Shown: positions 22,813-25,756 of the stretch, in pieces
Numbering within the stretch: the first letter of the stretch is position 1
Layout: each line of letters begins with the position of its first letter
Assembly: GCA_024626585.2 (NCBI GenBank)
Contig: JANKJI020000004.1
Location: 174,724,717 to 174,750,472, forward strand
Source: Ginkgo biloba
Taxonomy: Eukaryota; Plantae; Ginkgophyta
DNA: 25,756 nt
Direction: 5' to 3'
The notes under the pieces: model-generated
The model's database searches: none
Seen by the model: the letters and a program-made list of their open reading frames with translations, nothing else
Told to the model about the DNA's origin: nothing
Made by a program: the position numbers and the translations under genes

Positions 22813-23514
22813 GAAAATAATATATTCTATATCAACATCCATCATCCTATCCACTGTTTTCACCCTTTCATTGCCCTTTCCTCAACATCTTTTCTCCTTT
22901 TCTCTGTGTCTTCGCCCTTCACTGTTCCTCCATTTTCCATTTCTTTTGTTGCCTTCATTTTGTCTGTCCCATCTCATTTTGCTCTGTTTTTCCCCACCCA
23001 TTGCCCAGCCCTTACGCCCCATGCCTTCCGTCTGTAACACCCATGTTGTCTTCCCAAAACTAGCCGACCCAATTCGGTTCAAAAAAATCGCCATTATGCC
23101 ACCCATCTTCGTTACCTGTTATTCATTTCTCATTTATGTTGTTGTGTGCTCTTCTACTGTCCATCATTTCTCATCCCTATCCATTTTTCTCCTATTTTCG
23201 TTCGCATACACCTTGGCCAACCATTGCTTCTCGTCCCTTCCCTTTCTCCGTCTTTCCAGTTGCGTTCCCCTCTACCATCCATCTAACCACATAGAATAAT
23301 AGCTTAGTGACGCGTTCTCACCCAAGTCGTGCTCACACAGTTCATCAGGCAATTCGACAAAGCATAACACGACAGGATGCATCAGCGCAACGTGATGACT
23401 CAAAGGAAAAAAAAATTGTTTTAGTTTGTTAAGGTTATAAAAAAATTAAATTTGGAATATTTTCAGTGTAAGAGAATATTTTTCAATTAATAAAAGGGAT
23501 AGATGTGAAGTGAC
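22813..23514. repeat. Non-coding ~700-bp repeat B, copy 2
   Basis: Colinear with 15652-16338; similarity ends sharply after AAGTGACA in both copies. Confidence 0.9.
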
Positions 23515-23645
23515 ACAACAATGAGAAAATAATGTAGAACCCTATACATTTTAAAATCCCTGGTTGTAATTCTCCCAAATTTTGAATGCTTACATAAAAA
23601 ATAAATTCCAAAGTTTTCTAATCAATGTATAGGAAAAATTCTTAC

Positions 23646-23701
23646 CTTGTAATATCACAATTGTTTGGCTGCCATCTCCACTTTTCATACTCATTATCAA
23701 G
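23646..23701 (-). pseudogene. Fragment of a TRICHOME BIREFRINGENCE-LIKE (TBL/PMR5N-domain) exon with splice donor
   Basis: Reads LDNEYEKWRWQPNNCDIT(R), then AG|GTAAG (23645-23641). Matches the TBL motif D-x-x-Y-x-x-W-R-W-Q-P-x-x-C-x-[LI]-P-R with a phase-2 intron in the Arg codon. The upstream part of the domain is absent (in-frame TAG at 23719-23717). Confidence 0.8.
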
Positions 23702-24515
23702 CAAATGAATGTTCCTCTAGCGGTGGCAGAAGGAGAATAATTAATTTACAAAATAACACTCACACCTCATTGCGAAAAATCAGTCAAAACTTTTTATAAA
23801 ATCACGATTATTCACCTGGATTCTCACAACCTCTCCAGAATATGTCATGGCAATGTATTTTCACCCGATTTCTCATAACTCCTTCACAGCATGTCAAAAA
23901 ACTACTCAAAGTTGGCTACAAAATTTCATAGCTACCTACAAAAAATGACCTCCAAAATACACTAACTCAAGGATCAAGCTAGCACCAAGACCTCTCCCGT
24001 TCAAATTATCGTGAGAAGTTTCATTTGACTGTTTTTGTTGATGGCCAAGCACACGGGGACCAATAGGATTCATTTGTTCATTGCTTTGGCATTCCTACAG
24101 ATCATTCGTAAATTTCTTTCTTGAATCCATTTGGCAGAATCCACAATCACAACACTATATCCACTTATTATCAATTGCTTCAGTTGACGACTACCACCTT
24201 AAACTTCATTGTCTTGTAGAAACACACGTGTTGTGCACATCGCAATTCATGTATTATGTGTGATGACAACGTTAGAAACTAACATGAAGCAAAAATTTCA
24301 AGTGTTATGTTGACTAGTAGAACCCTGTGCGGGCACTGTTGTGACCCAAGTCACAACTAAGAATATTAAGAGGCTTTTCCATCAAAGGAGGAAGGAATGT
24401 TGTATAACAAACCCATNNNNNNNNNNNNNNNNNNNNNNNNNNNNNNNNNNNNNNNNNNNNNNNNNNNNNNNNNNNNNNNNNNNNNNNNNNNNNNNNNNNN
24501 NNNNNNNNNNNNNNN

Positions 24516-25680
24516 NGTGAATGATATGGGATCCATTATCTTAAAAGAAACAAAAAAAACCCAAGAGAGACAACTAAAATTATCACACTAAGAGCAAATA
24601 GAACTCAAAAGAAAGGGGATATGTTATTGGTATAAGGATAAATGGGGAAAGGTGTATAAATGCAAACCAAGTAAATTATACTCACTTATAATAGAATTAT
24701 AAGAACATTTAAACATCAAAGCATGTACATTATATACCAAGTCCTTAATAATAAAACCCATTGTAAAAGAATAAGAGTATCCATAAATTATTTTTAGTAA
24801 TGACAGGCCTTACAAGACCTGAGACACTAAGAAATTGAAGATTTATCAAGAGAGAATGGGTGGTTTTCTTGATTGGCCTAGGAAGTGCACACAATTTTAT
24901 AGATGAATAAACCATCAAAAGATTACAACTACAACTAATTAAAATTCTAGAATTCTAAGTAAAATTCAAAGGAGATCAACTAATAAGAGGTCAAGGTATC
25001 TTAAGGAAATTAAAATTACAGTTTAATTCTCTCTTTAAGAAAAAAAATCTTAATGAAAGTCGGAGTAGATGTTGTTCTCAAAAGTCAATGGTTAAGTACA
25101 CTTGGCACATTTGAAACAAACTTATGAGTTATAATCACGAGGGACAAAACATCACGTTACAATGCTTACAACCCCTCTAACACACTTGACATCGTCACAC
25201 ATAATGAAGGAGTTGCAAAAACAAAAAAAAATACAAAGGCAATCCAGCATAGTAATTCAACTCTTCTCTAATGCAAGCAAAAATTTCAACAGACACACTA
25301 GAGGATCCCAAAATAAAAAAAGAATTCAATAAATACCAAGATAAACAACATCCACTAAATAAGAAAATGTCACAAAAAAGATCTCATAACAAAATCTACA
25401 ACCCTCATTAGATGAAGCACAAAATTAGAATTTCCCTGCCCAACGAAGAAGGCAGACTAGTGTTGATTCCAAAATCTATCCTACAAATAGNNNNNNNNNN
25501 NNNNNNNNNNNNNNNNNNNNNNNNNNNNNNNNACGCTCCATCACAATTCCAAAATTTCTAATTTAATGGCAAGATGTAGCCATAGAAGACACTTCTTAGG
25601 AGTCCGAAGTAATTTTTCAACAATTTCCTCAACTTCGACAACAATGCTTCGAGGACAAAGAATCTTAAGTAGGTATGGCA
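24516..25680 (+). mobile_element. Internally deleted chromovirus internal region, copy 2: gag knuckle, protease, integrase tail, chromodomain, PPT
   Basis: KLSH*EQIELKRKGICYWYKDKWGKVYKC (decayed gag knuckle), VVFLIGLGSAHNFIDE (LIDSGSTHNFI-like), DVVLKSQWLSTLGTF, KEFNKYQD|KQHPLNKKMSQK, NEEGRLVLIPKSILQI, FLI*WQDVAIEDTS*ESEV, terminal EDK, then TTAAGTAGGTATGGCA before the LTR. Confidence 0.88.
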
Positions 25681-25756
25681 TGTGACATACCTAATTAATA
25701 TGTTAATAGGCCTATTCATTGTGTTAGTAGTTAGGACAATGGTTAGCATTAATGAA
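25681..25756 (+). mobile_element. 5' part of the 3' LTR (family R), truncated by the window end
   Basis: TGTGACATACCTAATTAATATGTTAATAGGCC immediately after the PPT. Confidence 0.88.

Noticed and set aside
22274-23299. ORFs with VNVNV or FTFT repeats and the 167-aa Phe/Leu/Ser-rich ORF 22796-23299
   Set aside because: Products of a hexamer repeat and of pyrimidine-rich repeat B; no evidence the full frame is conserved in the other B copy.
1471-24591. ORF-track entries rich in X (e.g. 8683-9431, 7604-7981, 15619-16234)
   Set aside because: They are open only because they cross N gaps, and no recognisable protein motif flanks the gaps.
14145-25756. The two A/R/internal/B clusters as allelic haplotypes assembled twice
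   Set aside because: The copies differ at far too many positions and in module order to be alleles, although repeat-driven scaffolding errors could still explain why they are adjacent.
1-25756. CRISPR array, operon or prokaryotic defence system
   Set aside because: The sequence is plant nuclear DNA with spliceosomal introns and LTR elements; there is no regular repeat-spacer array or dense ORF cluster.

Overview
Fragmented eukaryotic DNA with many N gaps (mostly 100 N). It is from a land plant; a large-genome seed plant such as a gymnosperm is my inference from the gene families and retroelement style. No complete intact gene is visible. The window is mostly decayed, nested Ty3/Gypsy sequence plus four host-gene-like pieces, all on the minus strand: (i) two spliced exons of a PAS-domain Raf-like (B2-type) kinase, 6253-6782; (ii) an intronless, multiply disabled, 3'-truncated copy of mitochondrial ribosomal protein L1, 12282-13120; (iii) a duplicated Arg/Ser-rich exon-like segment, ~14072-14313 and ~21781-21944; (iv) a 56-nt TRICHOME BIREFRINGENCE-LIKE exon end with its splice donor, 23646-23701, absent from the ORF track. 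The right half is built from one ~270-bp LTR family (seven full or partial copies, both orientations). Its internal region has gag knuckle, protease and chromodomain but no RT, RNase H or integrase core, with the same deletion junction in two diverged copies, which suggests a non-autonomous chromovirus derivative. I see no evidence for a novel multi-gene system. The best candidates are this deleted chromovirus family, its fold-back arrangements and the co-oriented gene fragments. Contig order across the gaps is uncertain, and all family assignments come from motif recall, not database searches.
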